A model generated the notes under the pieces. That model was given only the letters and a program-made list of their open reading frames with translations. It searched no databases and was not told the DNA's origin. DNA of 58,690 nt, the filler included, from Sluysia triapertura (Eukaryota), in assembly GCA_046118255.1 (NCBI GenBank). It is 4 parts of 4 records of this genome, joined end to end, with 100 filler letters (N's around TTAATTAATTAA, not from the genome) between each part and the next. Parts side by side here need not be neighbours in the genome. Positions count along the whole stretch, not along the records: positions 1 to 10,821 come from JBJNIA010193039.1; positions 10,922 to 26,798 come from JBJNIA010216253.1; 2 more parts are not named here. One strand, given 5' to 3'. A program made the translations under genes and the position numbers. Each line of letters begins with the position of its first letter. The stretch's first letter is position 1. Positions 1 through 14,200 of this stretch are shown here, one piece after another.

Positions 1-125
1 GTAATTTTTGGAAGCGGATTATTGTAATTTTTGGAAGCGGATTATTGTAATTTTTGGAAGCGGATTATTGTAATTTTGGACACAGATAAATTCTGGGAGT
101 AGATTAATTTTGGGAGCAGATTAAT
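1..125. repeat. 23-bp tandem repeat (GTAATTTTTGGAAGCGGATTATT), three exact copies plus degenerate copies
   Basis: Exact units at 1-23, 24-46 and 47-69, then decayed AATT(T/C)TGGGAG(T/C)AGATT units; the array runs off the window start. Confidence 0.9.
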
Positions 126-2654
126 TGTGTATTAAATAATTGGACGTCGATTTTTTAATTTGGAGAAAATCTTTGTTGTTCACGACTTATTGTGGAATAA
201 TACTGAGTAAGCTATTTATAATAAGTTTAAACAATTATTTAATTGTATTAAATTCTTACGTAAAATCTTTTATTTGTCCACTCAAGTATTAAACTTGAGT
301 TAAACTCAATTCACAATCAAAAACTACAAAGTTAGAAAAATATTCTAATATTTTAATTTTGCTATTATTATTATTATTATTAGTGCTTACCTTGTTGTAT
401 ATTTCATTTTTGTATTTATCGTTTCATATTTAAAAAATAAACTTTCATAGAACACATTTTGTGTTACGTCTGAGACTTATTTAATTGTAAAAAGGGAAAG
501 AATTTATAAGTAAACCAAGGGAAAGTCTTAATTAAAAAACACATAAAAATTCTAGTGCGCGTTGACCCTCATTATTCGTAAAAAAGAAAAAAGGATACAA
601 TTTATAAGAATTTTATTAATATTATATAAAGACCCTCCATTTTGAACTTAGGAATATTCTTTCGTAGCTTTAATTCATCAACCAATAGCCAAGTCTTCTT
701 TACGATTTAAATCTTGCGTTATTGGCGAACCCTCATAAGAGAAATAAATTTATAATTGTTAAGTAAAGAAAAAACATAACAAATAACATTAAAATCGAAA
801 AGATAATTCCAAATCACATTTGTACTAATCTCACTGTAACCATCGCTGCAACTTACATGAACGACATGTTTATTTACAAAACACCATACATATATCACTC
901 TTATTTAATAAATTTTTATTTCGGCTCTCACTTCCTCGTCTCATCGGTCACGCTTAATCAACATGTTGTAATTTCAATTTGTAGATAATTCAATCATAAA
1001 TAATAATAATAATACAGACAAAAATTCTGGAGGTTTTACAAATATTATAGTGATTAATTTATTTATTTTTCATTTAGAACGAAAAAATGAAATAGAAGCA
1101 GAAACAATAATAACAATAATAATAGTGGTACCAATAATAGCAAGAGGAACAATGATAAAACATGAGAATAAAAATATAACAGAAATCAGACGATAATAAA
1201 GATACATACAAAAAAACAAATGAAAATAATTGTAACAATAATAGTCACAACAGCAACAATCGCAAAAACAATAACAATTTAGTATTATTATGGTAATAGT
1301 TATTATAGCAACAATCAGAAAATTATTAAAATAGTAATAATAATTGTGATAATAATTATGATAATAATAATTGTAAAATTATGGTAATTATAAATTATGT
1401 GTGTTTATATTTTGAATGTATCGAATAACTTGTTTAATAATTTGTTTATGTAAGATGTGTCGATTTGTCTTGGTGTTTATTTGTGATTATTTGAAGTTCA
1501 CTACAATTAGCATAAGTCGAAACGGATTTTTATAATTTAGATTCACGATTACTACATACTATCCATTTTTTCAAAAAAATCAATTTGTTTTACGACCATT
1601 ACATAACCTCAATCACTTTTTCAATTAAAAATTATGGAAAAATCTTATTTTAAATTTTAATTTTAGTAAATAAATAAAGGCCTAAAAGGGTATAGTTTTA
1701 AATTATTTTATTTTTATTCTCTCTAATCTGATTTATCATTTAGCTACAACTTACGAAGTTGGAAAGAAATTTTATTAGATTTTAATTTAGTTGTTTTTTA
1801 ATTCGTATTTTTAACTGTTTGTAACCCAGTTGAAAACTTTACAGTTACTCTTATTAAAATCCCAAGTAAAACATATGTCAAGAATGAATAATGTACTTTT
1901 ATATTTTTAACTTTTATAACTTTTATTATTTTTTAAGCATTTTGTGACTTTTGTATATTATCATTTGAAATTTAAAATTAATATGATTTGAAGTTCAATA
2001 AAATTATTCATATTTTAAAGTTTGCAATAGAATTAATACTAAAGTTTATTTATATTAAAATTATTTGAAAATGTACAAATATTTCATTTAACATTATTGT
2101 ATTTCGTTTAAATGTTAATGTTGCTACAAAATAATTTTTGACAGGATCCGGTTACAGTAAATGTCTCAGAATGTATCGTTGGCCCCCTTGCAACTAAATA
2201 AGTTAGTAATTACCTTAAAAGTAATAATGCGACCTTACAAATTTAAAAAATGAAGGCACAATTTGCTGTATAATAAACAAAACTAAAAAATCACAATTTT
2301 ATTAAATAAAATAAAAATATTATAATTTGGATTAAAGAGTTGTAGAACAAGGAGAAAATTCAATTAAATAGAAGTTTGTTACAGTTAAAACTGATGATCT
2401 ATATTTAACTTATGATTAAATAAGATTTACCCCTCACTATAACCTTACACTTTATTGAAAATTTAGATGTTAAGTAAATTTTTCTACAATAATTTTCTTA
2501 AACAAATTAACATAAACTTAGAAAAAATAAATTACTTTTAACATGGAACTGATATAGAATTTGCAAATTGCTCGACTACACTAAAAAGTTAGAACATGCA
2601 AATAGTATCCAAATCAAAATGGCGACGAAATAATGATGATTTTCATTATACTGA

Positions 2655-2760
2655 TGCTAGTTTATATAGTAGTCAACAGCCAATGAAAATCGATGATATA
2701 TTCTAAAACATTCCAGAAGCTTCTATTCTATTTTTAGAAAAATAAATTCTTTTGGAAAAT
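2655..2760 (-). promoter_or_regulatory. HSE-CCAAT-TATA promoter block, repeat copy 1
   Basis: Phased TTC(2701)-TTC(2711)-GAA(2716)-TTC(2721), CCAAT 2680-2684 and minus-strand TATATAAA 2661-2668. Reverse complement aligns with 44100-44200. Confidence 0.6.
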
Positions 2761-3298
2761 AATTATCTTTTAAGTGATTTTAAAGATTTATAAATCATTT
2801 TAATTGATTTTTAAATAATTTTAAAGCATTTTATGTAATTTTTGAGGTTTGTTATGACAACCTAAAAATTTTTAAGGTCAAATTAAAAGTAACGTTGAAA
2901 AGTAAAGTTGAAAACTTCTAAAAAGCGCAAGAGATTTTAACAAGTGATTTTAAATATTGCCTACATTTTGGATTATGATTTCTAAGAAGAATTCTTTAAC
3001 TGATCCGCTGGATTAGCAAGTGCAATTTTTTTTACATCAAATCATAATCGTTAGTTTATTTTCATATAAGTTTGCCACTAATTTAAAATTGTGCAAATAA
3101 ATTCAAACTCAGAATCATTTTGTTAAATCCTTTGTATAACTATTTAAATCAGTTTTTGTAAACTTTAACTTAAAATTTCACATAAGGATTATTACTTTTT
3201 AGATAATAATCGTGATAAAATTATTAATGTTATTACTGAGCTTCAAATTTAATAAATTAGTTTTGTTTAATATTATTATCATTATTGATCATTTAGAA

Positions 3299-3369
3299 CA
3301 GTGGTGTCAAACCTTTTTGCTTTACGGGCCGCATGATTTGCCTCGCGGGCCGCCACTTTGACACCACTG
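3299..3369. mobile_element. 71-bp hAT (Buster/Charlie-type) MITE
   Basis: Perfect 13-bp TIRs CAGTGGTGTCAAA/TTTGACACCACTG, perfect 8-bp TSD ATTTAGAA (3291-3298, 3370-3377; nnnTAnnn pattern), two internal CGGGCCGC repeats. Confidence 0.93.
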
Positions 3370-3880
3370 ATTTAGAAAGTGTTATCCATTTTTAATTTTC
3401 TTATAATATTTGTATTCGATTGTTATAATATAGCTTAATATATCACTAAATTAATTTACCTTTTTTTGATCGTTTTAACTCGGATCGAAAATAGAATCAT
3501 TTTTTGCAATCGATCCCTTTAAACTGGATCAATGATAAAATATACTAATTTATGTAGTTGTAAACTATCATTAGAATTTTATTTTTTATATTATTATTAG
3601 AGTTTTTACAATCTTTTTGTTACGGGTTCTGTTTAAATAGAACATCAGTAAAATCAGTCTATCATCTAATCTCGCCTTCGAGCGGAAACTGAATACTTTA
3701 ATCTATAAGGTCTCAATTCTATTAACCTAGCAGACTGATAATCGAATTTAAATAACGTATATTTGAATAACTCAACTTTGAAAATAAGTTTTAAGATTAA
3801 AATTTAAATTAGATTCAATTTAACCTCTAAATATATTAGATCTCCATTACTTATTTAACTATTTATAACTTTTCTTGAAA

Positions 3881-3930
3881 ACCTGCAGACTAGCCGTAAT
3901 TCGTAAGTCTAGGTTCACAGGCGAATTCAT
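3881..3930 (-). repeat. Diverged inverted copy of the ~50-bp dispersed repeat at 18830 and 57820
   Basis: ACTAGCCGTAATTCGTAAGTCTAGGTTC resembles the reverse complement of GATCCTAGTCTTACACACTTAAGCGCTAGT. Confidence 0.45.
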
Positions 3931-6900
3931 TCATTAAACTTATTTATTGGTTAAGCGTAAGTCTAAACAAACCAAAAAATACCACATATAATTGTCTTAA
4001 AATCCTTCATTTGAGAGTTACGCATTAAGGGTAACTAAATTAATTTTTTGGGGATTGATTATATTGCTTGATTAGAGTTCTACATTTACGAATAAAATAA
4101 ATATAATTAATCTAAATTGTTTAAAATAAACTTCACGTTAAGATTGATCAATTTTAGTTACAGTAAATTTTACTGTAGCTGGACACTGATAAAATTTTAA
4201 ACCACAGCAAGTATTTAAAATTTTGAATTTATAAATTAACGACCTAAGAGTTTTAATTTTAAAATCTTTATACTTTTTACATCATATAATATTTTCATCT
4301 TGTTTATATCAATCCTTAATTATAGTTGTGGATTCTATTAAATTTGTTTTGTTTAATATTCTTAACAAGAATGTTAAATTGCTGTTTTTGTGAATCGATT
4401 GGAGTAAGTTAATTGCGAATTAGTAAAGAACCATAAACTTAAAGTTACAATATTTAAAAATTACAAATTCTATCCGTAAAACATATACCACAAATATAGT
4501 ATTTCATGAACTAAGTAAAACACAATAGTTGTAAAAATTTAAGAACACTAAAGAATTTCGACATGAATTGTTAAAGCCTATACATAGCGATAACAGAACC
4601 CTGAAAAAATTATTTTCCGAAGGTTGAAAATAATAAAAACTACTGCATATTCTTAAGTCAAATTCAAAAACATTTTCCCAATGAAGATTTGTATAAAATA
4701 TTGTGATGTATGTAACAAGTACTAAAATCAGAAAAGGAAAATTTTATATTAATTTAACTATTTAAAACCCAATAGTATAATCAAATTTGTAACAATTCTC
4801 AACTGGCACAAATAGCGATTTACAAAGTTATAATATTACATCAATTTAAATTTAAATACAAACTTTATTTAGTAAATTAATTTTTCAATTTTTGATGTTA
4901 AACTACACATTATACATTTAAAATTGCTTTTAATACATTTTTTTCGATGTAAATGATTATAAATGTATCCTTCATTCAATTCGAAACTGGTTAAAATTAA
5001 CTATTTATATAGTTAAATATTAACTATTTTATGTCCTCATAATTATGTTCCATTTTCTCTTAATTATCAAGCTAATTTCTCAAATTCAAATATCGTTTAC
5101 AATCAGTGTTACAATAATTTTAATTAAAAAATGTACTTCTAAATTATTTCAAATATTAAACGCAATTTAACTATCACATAAATGAATAAGTTTTCGCATA
5201 ACATGTTTTAGTTTTTATTATTTCATTTGCTGTGAAATAATAAAAAGATCTTGTTTATAATTCATTGCAACTTAATAACTATTGTTAAGCTACCTTAGCA
5301 GCATTCATTCATTATTCTAAGTAAAAATTAAACACAAAATATTTATTTCGTCTACTTATACAACATTCTTAAATAATTTCATTAACATTTTCATTGCAGA
5401 AAAACAAAATAAAGACTGAAAACTGCTTTAGAAATCGCATAATAATAATACTAATAATAATAATAATGAAATAATAATGATAATGATAATAACAGCATTT
5501 AACATAAATTCAATATTAAACTTGTGAAAATCAATCAAATATAACTTTGAGCAATTGTTCAAAGCGTCTTAAAATTCATAAGTGTGAGATCACAGAATAT
5601 CAATAATTATAGATAAAAATAATAGCTAAAATTGATTTAATAAAGTAAACAATTAATAATTACCTTACTTTCAAGTTTAAAAGTATAAAAATCATATTTT
5701 CGATAATGCAACTTATCAAAAGTATGATGTAAACAAATTAACTAAGATTGCTATCATTAATTACTTATTATGCTTTAATTACATTTTTAGATTTCAGTAA
5801 TGTAAAACAATTGTTTCAATTCACATAATGCAAAAATTATTAAAGTAACATTTCAAACTTCAAAACATGGATTTCACATCAAAACACAAGCTTTTTTATA
5901 ACTCAAAATATTCTTTTATATTTCAAAGTGTTTTTACAAATCTCGATACATATATTAATACTAGATAAATATAAATTTCCATTCTTCAAGGCAGCAGTTT
6001 TTAATTTTTACTCATTAATTTTTATGATCTAATATAATCTGTTTAATGTGGAAATTATTTTAATTCGAACGCAATTTAATTGAAAATATATAAAATATAA
6101 TTGGTTATTAATTTTCTATTGTCGATTATTTGAGTGGCAAACACTTTAAACTACCGAATTTTTGTTGTATATAATATGGAATTTTTACTCAATTTTTACA
6201 CAAATATAATCCAATGTAACAATAATTACAATTTATTGGTCACTATCTTTCTGAAATAGTTTAAGCGTATCCAAAGGAAGTCATTTATCCTCATTACAAT
6301 AAATGATCATATCCTTTCATTAATAGAGTCCTCTTTTAGAGTGTCTTCGCGTTCTATCAATGGCGTTTGAAACTGAAATTTTCTTAAGATCTTACAATGA
6401 TTCTGTTATAGTATTCTTTCTATCATTGCACAATTTACGAGAACATAGTATGTTTAAGAGAAATCAATGCCTATATACATGGCAACTAAAGTTTTTTCAT
6501 GACTTAGAAATAAAGATGCATACCATAGATACGGGATTTTAAAAAAATAACTACTTAATTTTGAATTTTAACATATTTAAAAATAATCGCCAGCTTAAGA
6601 CACTAAATTTTTACACAGCAATACTTGATTAAATTTTAATATTTTTCCATTGAATGTGTATTAAATTTATTAAATTTCCATCTTCAATGAATTCATTAAA
6701 ATATTAAATACTGTTCTTTCAATTATGTATCAAATTAATGTATTAGTTTAATGTTAATAAGAGATAACACATTTTAATCAAAAATGCTTCATTATACTAT
6801 ATTTATAAAACATATAAGGCATAAGACGTATTTCGATGTGATCCGTACACAATGTGTTAAAACCCATAAATGTTTTAATTATATAATAATTATTATTATA

Positions 6901-7434
6901 ATAATAAAAATAATATACATTAAAGATTATTTACATTATAGTACAATAAATTGAAATAAATACTATTGTTTTTTTACATTCGTTCTAAAAATCACTTCTA
7001 AACTGGTCAAAGTAAACAGCATTATAAATCTATACAAAATAGATGCAGAGACAGTAGAAAAAAGATATGATTGAAAATTATTTATTCCTTAGGAACAATA
7101 AAATATAATGGAATATGTAATAATTAATGGAATAAAAGCAATTCAAATAGAGATCCATAAAATCCTAAATAACCGTTATTTAATATTTTTTGAACTCATA
7201 AGTGTACTTTTTTGTTAAACAATATTACATATTACATATAAATAAGATGGATAGGTTTAATTCTGTAGAAGAAATAATTATCAATGCAAGCAAATAAACT
7301 AAGATCCGTGTATAAATAGTTCAAAAACTTCCTTAAAAATAATTAACACAATCAAAGATAAAAGAAATTTTGTTTATTTATGAAAAGAGGCACTTGGATT
7401 ATTTAAATTAGGAAGGAGTGTGTTTACATTTGAG

Positions 7435-9813
7435 TTATGTGAAGGAATCTGTTGGCACGGTAGTGTTGGTAGTAGTAACATTAGTATTTGAATCAATTTC
7501 ATTATAATTCTCTATACCACTTATATCACCTTCCTCCTCATCCTCTTCATTATTATCATTATTATTAATATTATCATTATTAATATTATCATTACGTCGA
7601 TGAATTATTTGATTAGGATAACTGTTTAGACGATTTTGATGTTTGTGTTTATAATCTTTCTTTTTAATTACATCTTTTGATGTTCGTTTATACACTTTAC
7701 CATGAGTGGACATAGATCGTTGAATGTATTCGTTTATTTTCGATTTAACATTAGCATTTAATTCCAAATCTTCAAGACTAGCGACCAGCTTAATTTCTTT
7801 GGCAATAATAGAATCTGTAAACTGAATTGAACAATTAATTAATTGACTTATCTAATGATTATAATAAAATCAAGCATAATTATTGTCGAACCTCTTGAAA
7901 ACAAAAATGGGATTATTTTGTCTTTTAATAATAGTTCAATAATATTGTGTAAAACTAATGTTTAATAAATGTCTTCATTTTCATTCCTAATATCCTTTTT
8001 GGATAAAATTTATTTTTATTTTAAATAAAAAATTAATTTTGTTTAAATATTAAAATAATTTTTATCTCACTAAATAGTGAACAAAAAAGCCGAAACAATT
8101 TGAGAAATAGAAATCATAGTACTTAGAAGAGGGAAATTATTAAATTCGCAGAAAATAGAAACCATTAAAAAGAAATATTGCTAAAAGCTTTAAACTTTTT
8201 TCGTTATATGTTCGAAATAAATTTAAATTGACTTCCGAGACGTTTTCTTGCTGTTAAATATGTTAATACTTTTCCATTTTACAAATAATTAATGGTACAA
8301 CACTTTTTCATTTTCCTGTCGATCGCATGACATATGGTCTTCTGTGGAAATCACTTGCTTTTGGCAAATTGATAGATGGTTTCAATTTTTAAATATACTA
8401 TGCATGACTAAAACATAGTCTTGCAACTTTGCGAGATTAGATGTTCTTCAAAAAGATAACTTATTCTATCAACCATCTACCACTTCCTTTTGAATAAATA
8501 TTATTTCAATCACCTAAAAATAATTCTCTATCAGAAATAAATATTATAGCAACTTTCATTAAACTTCTGGCAGTATAATCTCTTCTAATTCATTCAGTAA
8601 TGTCTTTCTGTCACTTTTAATTATTTTCATGGTTTCTCTGTTCTTATAACAATTACTAAACATTAAAGGACAGTATTCACAATTAACGCTTTAATTGAAA
8701 TGCTTTGCAGCTTTGTAACAACTATTGCCATTTTCAATATAAGTAATTTTTTTAATTCAGTTGTAAATAATTGTCTTTTCATAATATTGTTTATCTAAAA
8801 TTAATATGCTAAATTATTACTTTACTCGGACATTTTGTTCTGTACGCTCTATCTTTTTAAGTGTTATTGAAGCATCATAATAGACCTTTTACAGAAACAA
8901 AATTTTAATTGGATTAATTATATTGAATGGTGCAAATTTAAAATAAAAAATAAGTGATATCATTTATTCATATAACAATTTATTTTTTGTTAAATTTTTG
9001 CAATAAAACCTTCAACTTCTGTTACATCCGAAACAGATAACTTTTTTCTATTAATAGAATATCTGAAGTCTTTGGAGTATTGCATGAAAGGGAATTCAAT
9101 TATCAACCCTACAAAATTCAACATTACCAAAAGCTTTATGACGAAGATTTCCAAAATCGTCAACATCATGAAGCCATTTTGCTGCGTTAAGAGAAATGTA
9201 TGATTTCTTCAATAAATTGATAAAATATGTTGAATGCACGTACTTCGTTATGACTGCAAGCCTTCCCATGAATTCTACCTTTGAGATTACATTAAAATTA
9301 AATAATTACATGGACCAATAATAAACAAATGAATTCCTCAGATAAAAATAGCTGTAAAAATTATCTGGCTTTAATATTTTAATTTAGCATTTGTAAATTA
9401 TTTAAAGCATATTAATCATAAATTTCCAACAAATACAGTGTCAGATTATGGGAATTTCTTCTAATATTAAGTTAAGTTAATTTATTTAAGTTTATTCAAT
9501 TTAATTTAATTCAAAATACACATAACCAAACCTTTGTACAGAGAAATTTTAAATCTTCTTTCGTTTTAACTCTTCCTATTTTACATTTGGAACTAAAATA
9601 AGGTTTCATAACACATTTTACTGCTCTAAACACCTAAAAATAAAATAATTAATTAGTAAAAATAATAATTAGTCATACTTCTAAACTAAATTTAGCTTTA
9701 TTTTTTTCTCCATCGGACATATTCATTTTTCTTAATCTTGATCTTTCGAGACGTTTTTGTCTTCGTTCTTCAGCTCGAATTTCTAAAAATCTCAAACGAT
9801 TTTGTTCTTCCAT
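7435..9813 (-). CDS. SRI (Set2-Rpb1-interacting) domain protein, SETD2 C-terminus-like; 3 exons, 207 aa
   Basis: Exons 9813-9679, 9633-9532 and 7821-7435, GT-AG, all phase 0. Translation AVKCVMKPYFSSKCKIGRVKTKEDLKFLCTK-FTDSIIAKEIKLVASLEDLELNANVKSKINEYIQRSMSTHGKVYK matches the SETD2 SRI pattern (LNPYRKPDCKVGRITTTEDFKHLARKLTHGVMNKE...EDLECNENVKHKTKEYI...GAVYK). Confidence 0.85.
8230..8782 (-). mobile_element. Decayed pogo/Tigger-like transposase remnant inside the SRI-gene intron
   Basis: Frameshifted fragments MKRQLFTTELKK..IENGNSCYKAAKHFN (HTH-like), KGSGRWL and MRSTG; many stops. Confidence 0.4.
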
Positions 9814-10742
9814 CTATAATATAATAATTTATGTTTCACATACAAATTACCTTAATTGTAAAAATATTACAGATATTTTATTTTATGTTTTATTATGTTT
9901 ATGAGTTGGTTTTATAAAGCTAGTTTGTTTTAAAATCCTTGATGCGACCTTAAATCGGAATCTGAATCTATTAGTCCGTTTGAAAGAAAGAGTAATATGA
10001 TCTTAAAAACGTAAATTCAATCTAAGTTTTGATTCTCTGTATACAGACAATCCCCGGTAAATCAAATAATTTGTAAACTAAAGTTTCTTTCTAAGTATTA
10101 AAAAATTGGTAAAAAAATAATACTGTAAGAGTTACCATATGTAATTGCTTTAAACTAAAAAATTATTAATTTACATTTTAAAATTGTAATAATAAATCAA
10201 TAATAAAAAATCAATTATAAATTCCAGATTTTATAACATATTTATTCGAATTTGTAAGTTTTAAGTCCTGCCGATTGAAGAATCAAAGTATATCAAGTGT
10301 CTATACAATTAACGAGTTATCCTGTATCAAATGTCGAATATTGAAATAACTAATAACAAATAGAATGTCTACATAATTGCCAATTACATGATTGTCAATC
10401 TTTTTAAATAAGTTGTATAATGATTTATTTTATGTAAAAAATACAAGATAATTTTAAAAATTATGCAATCTTATTTAATTTTTTATCATATTCCGATGAT
10501 TCAAGATATCAACATAAATATAAACTTATCAAACTTTGGATAAGTTATTCTTACGGTAGTGAAAGTTCTACTACATTTTCTATATTTTCAATTCTTTTAA
10601 TTTTCCAAATTTTACTGATAATTTTGAATTTTTAATATTTCGAAATTAATATTTTTCGATTCGTATTTGCATCTTAATACCATCAACATTCGCTTTTATT
10701 TGCCTTTTCATTACGTGATAAATTTATCATGAGAAGGTATCC

Positions 10743-10745
<3 letters not shown>

Positions 10746-10811
<66 letters not shown>
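10746..10811. repeat. (AAT)n microsatellite
   Basis: About 22 perfect AAT units next to the gap. Confidence 0.95.
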
Positions 10812-10821
10812 TTATATTGCG

Positions 10822-10921
10822 NNNNNNNNNNNNNNNNNNNNNNNNNNNNNNNNNNNNNNNNNNNNTTAATTAATTAANNNNNNNNNNNNNNNNNNNNNNN
10901 NNNNNNNNNNNNNNNNNNNNN
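10822..10921. other. Assembly linker (N44-TTAATTAATTAA-N44)
   Basis: 100-nt N run carrying an all-frame stop 12-mer; same linker at 26799-26898 and 38797-38896. Confidence 0.97.
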
Positions 10922-11058
10922 ATAACTTTTATAATAACTGTTATATTAGTAAACATAATAATTACATAATTGTTATCATTATTATAATTATTTTTTTTCT
11001 ATCCTTATTATTATTATTTCTTTTATTCTTTTGTCAACTTCTCTCTGTTTATTTTAAG

Positions 11059-11290
11059 TTTTTTTATCAAATTTTCCGAAGCCGTATCATACTAGTTGTT
11101 TAGGATTAAAATCAAAACCTAATGGTTCATGTTACTATCCATGGCATTTTTATAACATTTGTAGTATGCCAAGTAAATACTTGTGCGGTATATGTCCGAG
11201 TAGTTGTTGTGAAGAGCATTTTTGATAAAGAAGCTCAGCTGAATGATTATAATAACATCTTTAGATAAGCATTTGTAATAAGATAATGGA
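11059..11290 (+). pseudogene. NSD-family PHD5-C5HCH zinc-finger exon, degenerate
   Basis: After an AG acceptor: FPKPYHTSCLGLKSKPNGSCYYPWHFYNICSMPSKYLCGICPSSCCEEH, compared with the NSD pattern CPKAYHLSCLGL..RP.GKWECPWHHCDVCGKPS..FC.LCPNSFCKEH. Several Cys/Trp are lost and a frameshift/stop follows. Confidence 0.8.
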
Positions 11291-14200
11291 TTTAATTGCT
11301 AATCGCAAAGATATCAAAAAAAACATGAGAATAAAATATACCTCAAAGATGAAAGATGAGGAATTAGAATACCTATAATAAAATTCCAGCTACAGTTTCA
11401 AGTTTATCCTCATTACTTTACTGAAATGTGAAATCAAAGATCAAGTTAATAAAGGAGAAACAAATTAGTTATTTCAACTTCTCCAACATCCAATGTTAAC
11501 ACGAAGCCATTATATTCAAATAGTCCGAATCCGTACTCAAATTCAAATTATGAGACAAGTAATGTTAATTCAAACACTGCCAATTACAAACATTCCTACC
11601 CACAACTAGTAAATCATAATTCAGTTTCTAAATTTAGACTTAATGCAAATACGAATAACAATATCAAAATCAAATCAAATAATCACAGTACAGAATTGTA
11701 ACAAAATAGCGTATATATTTGATTATTTAATTATCTCGCTAAACAAATTAATGTTTCTTTTTGTCGATAGGGCCCAACTACAATTCGATTTGAGAGTTTG
11801 AAGTATATTATGTCTAAAATTATGAATAAGCTTTTCGAAAATAAAATTGTGAATCAGTTGACTGGTAAAAAATCGTGTACAATAAGGTATTAAATTAATA
11901 TATTTCACAAATTAAATTGTTTTTATTTCTCATTGTTATTACTTTAATTTATTGAGCATTTCATTAATGAAAATGTTATAAAAGGTTGGACATTTTACAT
12001 TTTCAGATTATCTGTTCATACATTCATTAATAAATTAATCTTCTGGTGTTGTAAACAATATAATGAATAAATGAAATATTTCTGTGATAATAATTAAAAG
12101 ATGTGATACAGAATTGATCTAATATTACTTATTATTATATCAAATGGTATTTAATTTTTGAATGATATTTTTAGTTTCTCAGTGTTATTTAAAAGGAAAT
12201 ATTGATTTGTTACATTTAATTAAGTTGAAGAGCTCAGTGTCTCTAGTTAAACATGGTGTTAGTGCAATTGTTGTAATTTTGAGAACATGGTGTAATAAAA
12301 GGAATTTATTTTTGTGAAATGAATATAATGCTTATAAAGAGTTTATGAAAATTCTTTTTGATTATTCAAAGTGATTTGATGTTCATGACTAATTTTTATA
12401 TGTACACAATTATAAAAATAAGATAATGATTTTATTTTTATTATAAATCTGGTTTCATTTGTTAGTACATTCCAAAGATGAAAACAAATTTCATATCTAA
12501 ATCATTTTTAAAATGAGATTTTATTTGATAGTCTTTATGTATTTAGTTTTTTATCTACCTTTTAGTATTAAAATTAAAATATTTGAGTCGTATTAACTCT
12601 AAGAGCAGATGCTTTTTCATTTTACGTTTTGAAATTAAAGCTTCATTCATCATCCAGAAAGTGAACTAGATTTAAAATATATGAAAGAAAGAAAATTTTT
12701 AAATTAAGAATGGTGAGCTGACATTGTATCTCACCAAGTATTTTACAATGTTTCAAAACTTAAGTATTGCATTATTTGTATCTATTATCAGTAAAAATCT
12801 AAGAATGGAGTTTATAAACTTTAAAGCACATTCATAATATTTCAAAACTTAAAATACTAAAAATTTGTATTTTTTACTTATTTTTTGAACATAAAATTAA
12901 TGGCCCTTAATTATAAATGTAATGCATACTAAAATAATCTGTTATTTTACTAAACTTTTATAAAATACTAATAATCAAGAAAATTTTTATTGCTTTAACT
13001 TCTTTAGTTGCAGGTAAAAAGAATTTATATTTGTAAAAAGGTGAATAAATCTTTCATTTCGTTTTTTCTGGTCATTTTTGTGCATAAAAATAATTATTGA
13101 AATGAATTAATTAAACTTACCGACTTTGCAAATATGTGATCGATTAATGCAACTATCCATAAAACATACATCAAAATCATTCCACTATACCGTAACTTAT
13201 TGTGGAAAACAACATATATTTACAGCTAAATTCTGTCTTTTGTTCTTGAGATAATTCTATAAATTTATTTTTAATGTTTCGGTTTTACAGTTCGGAAGTA
13301 TTTAAATAAATGATTTCTTGTTTTTATTACAGGATGTATAATCATAGTGATACTAAAATGTTAAGTTGATTTTATTTTATATATGAAAACCTATTTTCCT
13401 ATTATTCTTAAACACTGATGATAAATGATTTAATTGTGAAAATGAATTGTGGAAGTTTTTCAAATAATTATAACTAAATTTTTTTAAATTAACTTTTCAA
13501 ACGATCTGTGAAGCTATTAATCATCGTTTAAGTTTTAAGGTAATCAAATTTTAAATATATTAACTATTTCAAACAATATTTAATTAAAATATTAATTTTT
13601 AATAATTCAAATAATGGTTTCGACATAAAATCTGTTAAATTATTTATATTATAAATTCTTATTATATATGCTTTTGTAGTTTCTGTGATAAAATATTGTT
13701 TACAATCAAATATTAAAATATTACTTGCACGGATGTTTCAAATTTTGTGAAATTATCTATAAATGAAATATGCATTTGATTATTATTTGAGAAAACAAAA
13801 TATTAACATAAATCATACGAAATATGTATTCGTACATAACTAATATTTACTTTCGGAAATCATTCAATGTAATTATTTTTTTTATTCATTCCAAACTATA
13901 TAATATTTAATTGAGTTTTTGTGTACATATCTGTCGCATATATTTTTATTTTTGTCATTAAATTTTCTCTGAACAATTCATTTTTTTTAATTTGAATTAC
14001 TCAAATCTTTTTAGAAGGCGCATAAAATATTTTAAAACAAGATTCATATTTAATTTATTGTGAATGTAATATTTTGTAATTTTTGATTTATCAATTTAAT
14101 TAATTTTTGCTAAATCAAATGTACAAAAATGTATTTTAACGGAGTTATTAAATTATCTAGAGGCACATATTCGAATCAAAGAAATATAATCGTAATCAAG

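Noticed and set aside
1-69. 23-bp repeats as a CRISPR array
   Set aside because: Head-to-tail with no spacers, eukaryotic context, no cas genes.
9110-9280. ~60-codon open segment in the SRI-gene intron
   Set aside because: No recognisable family, and including it would break the SRI domain.
10866-10877. TTAATTAATTAA palindrome occurring three times
   Set aside because: Artificial linker inside N runs.
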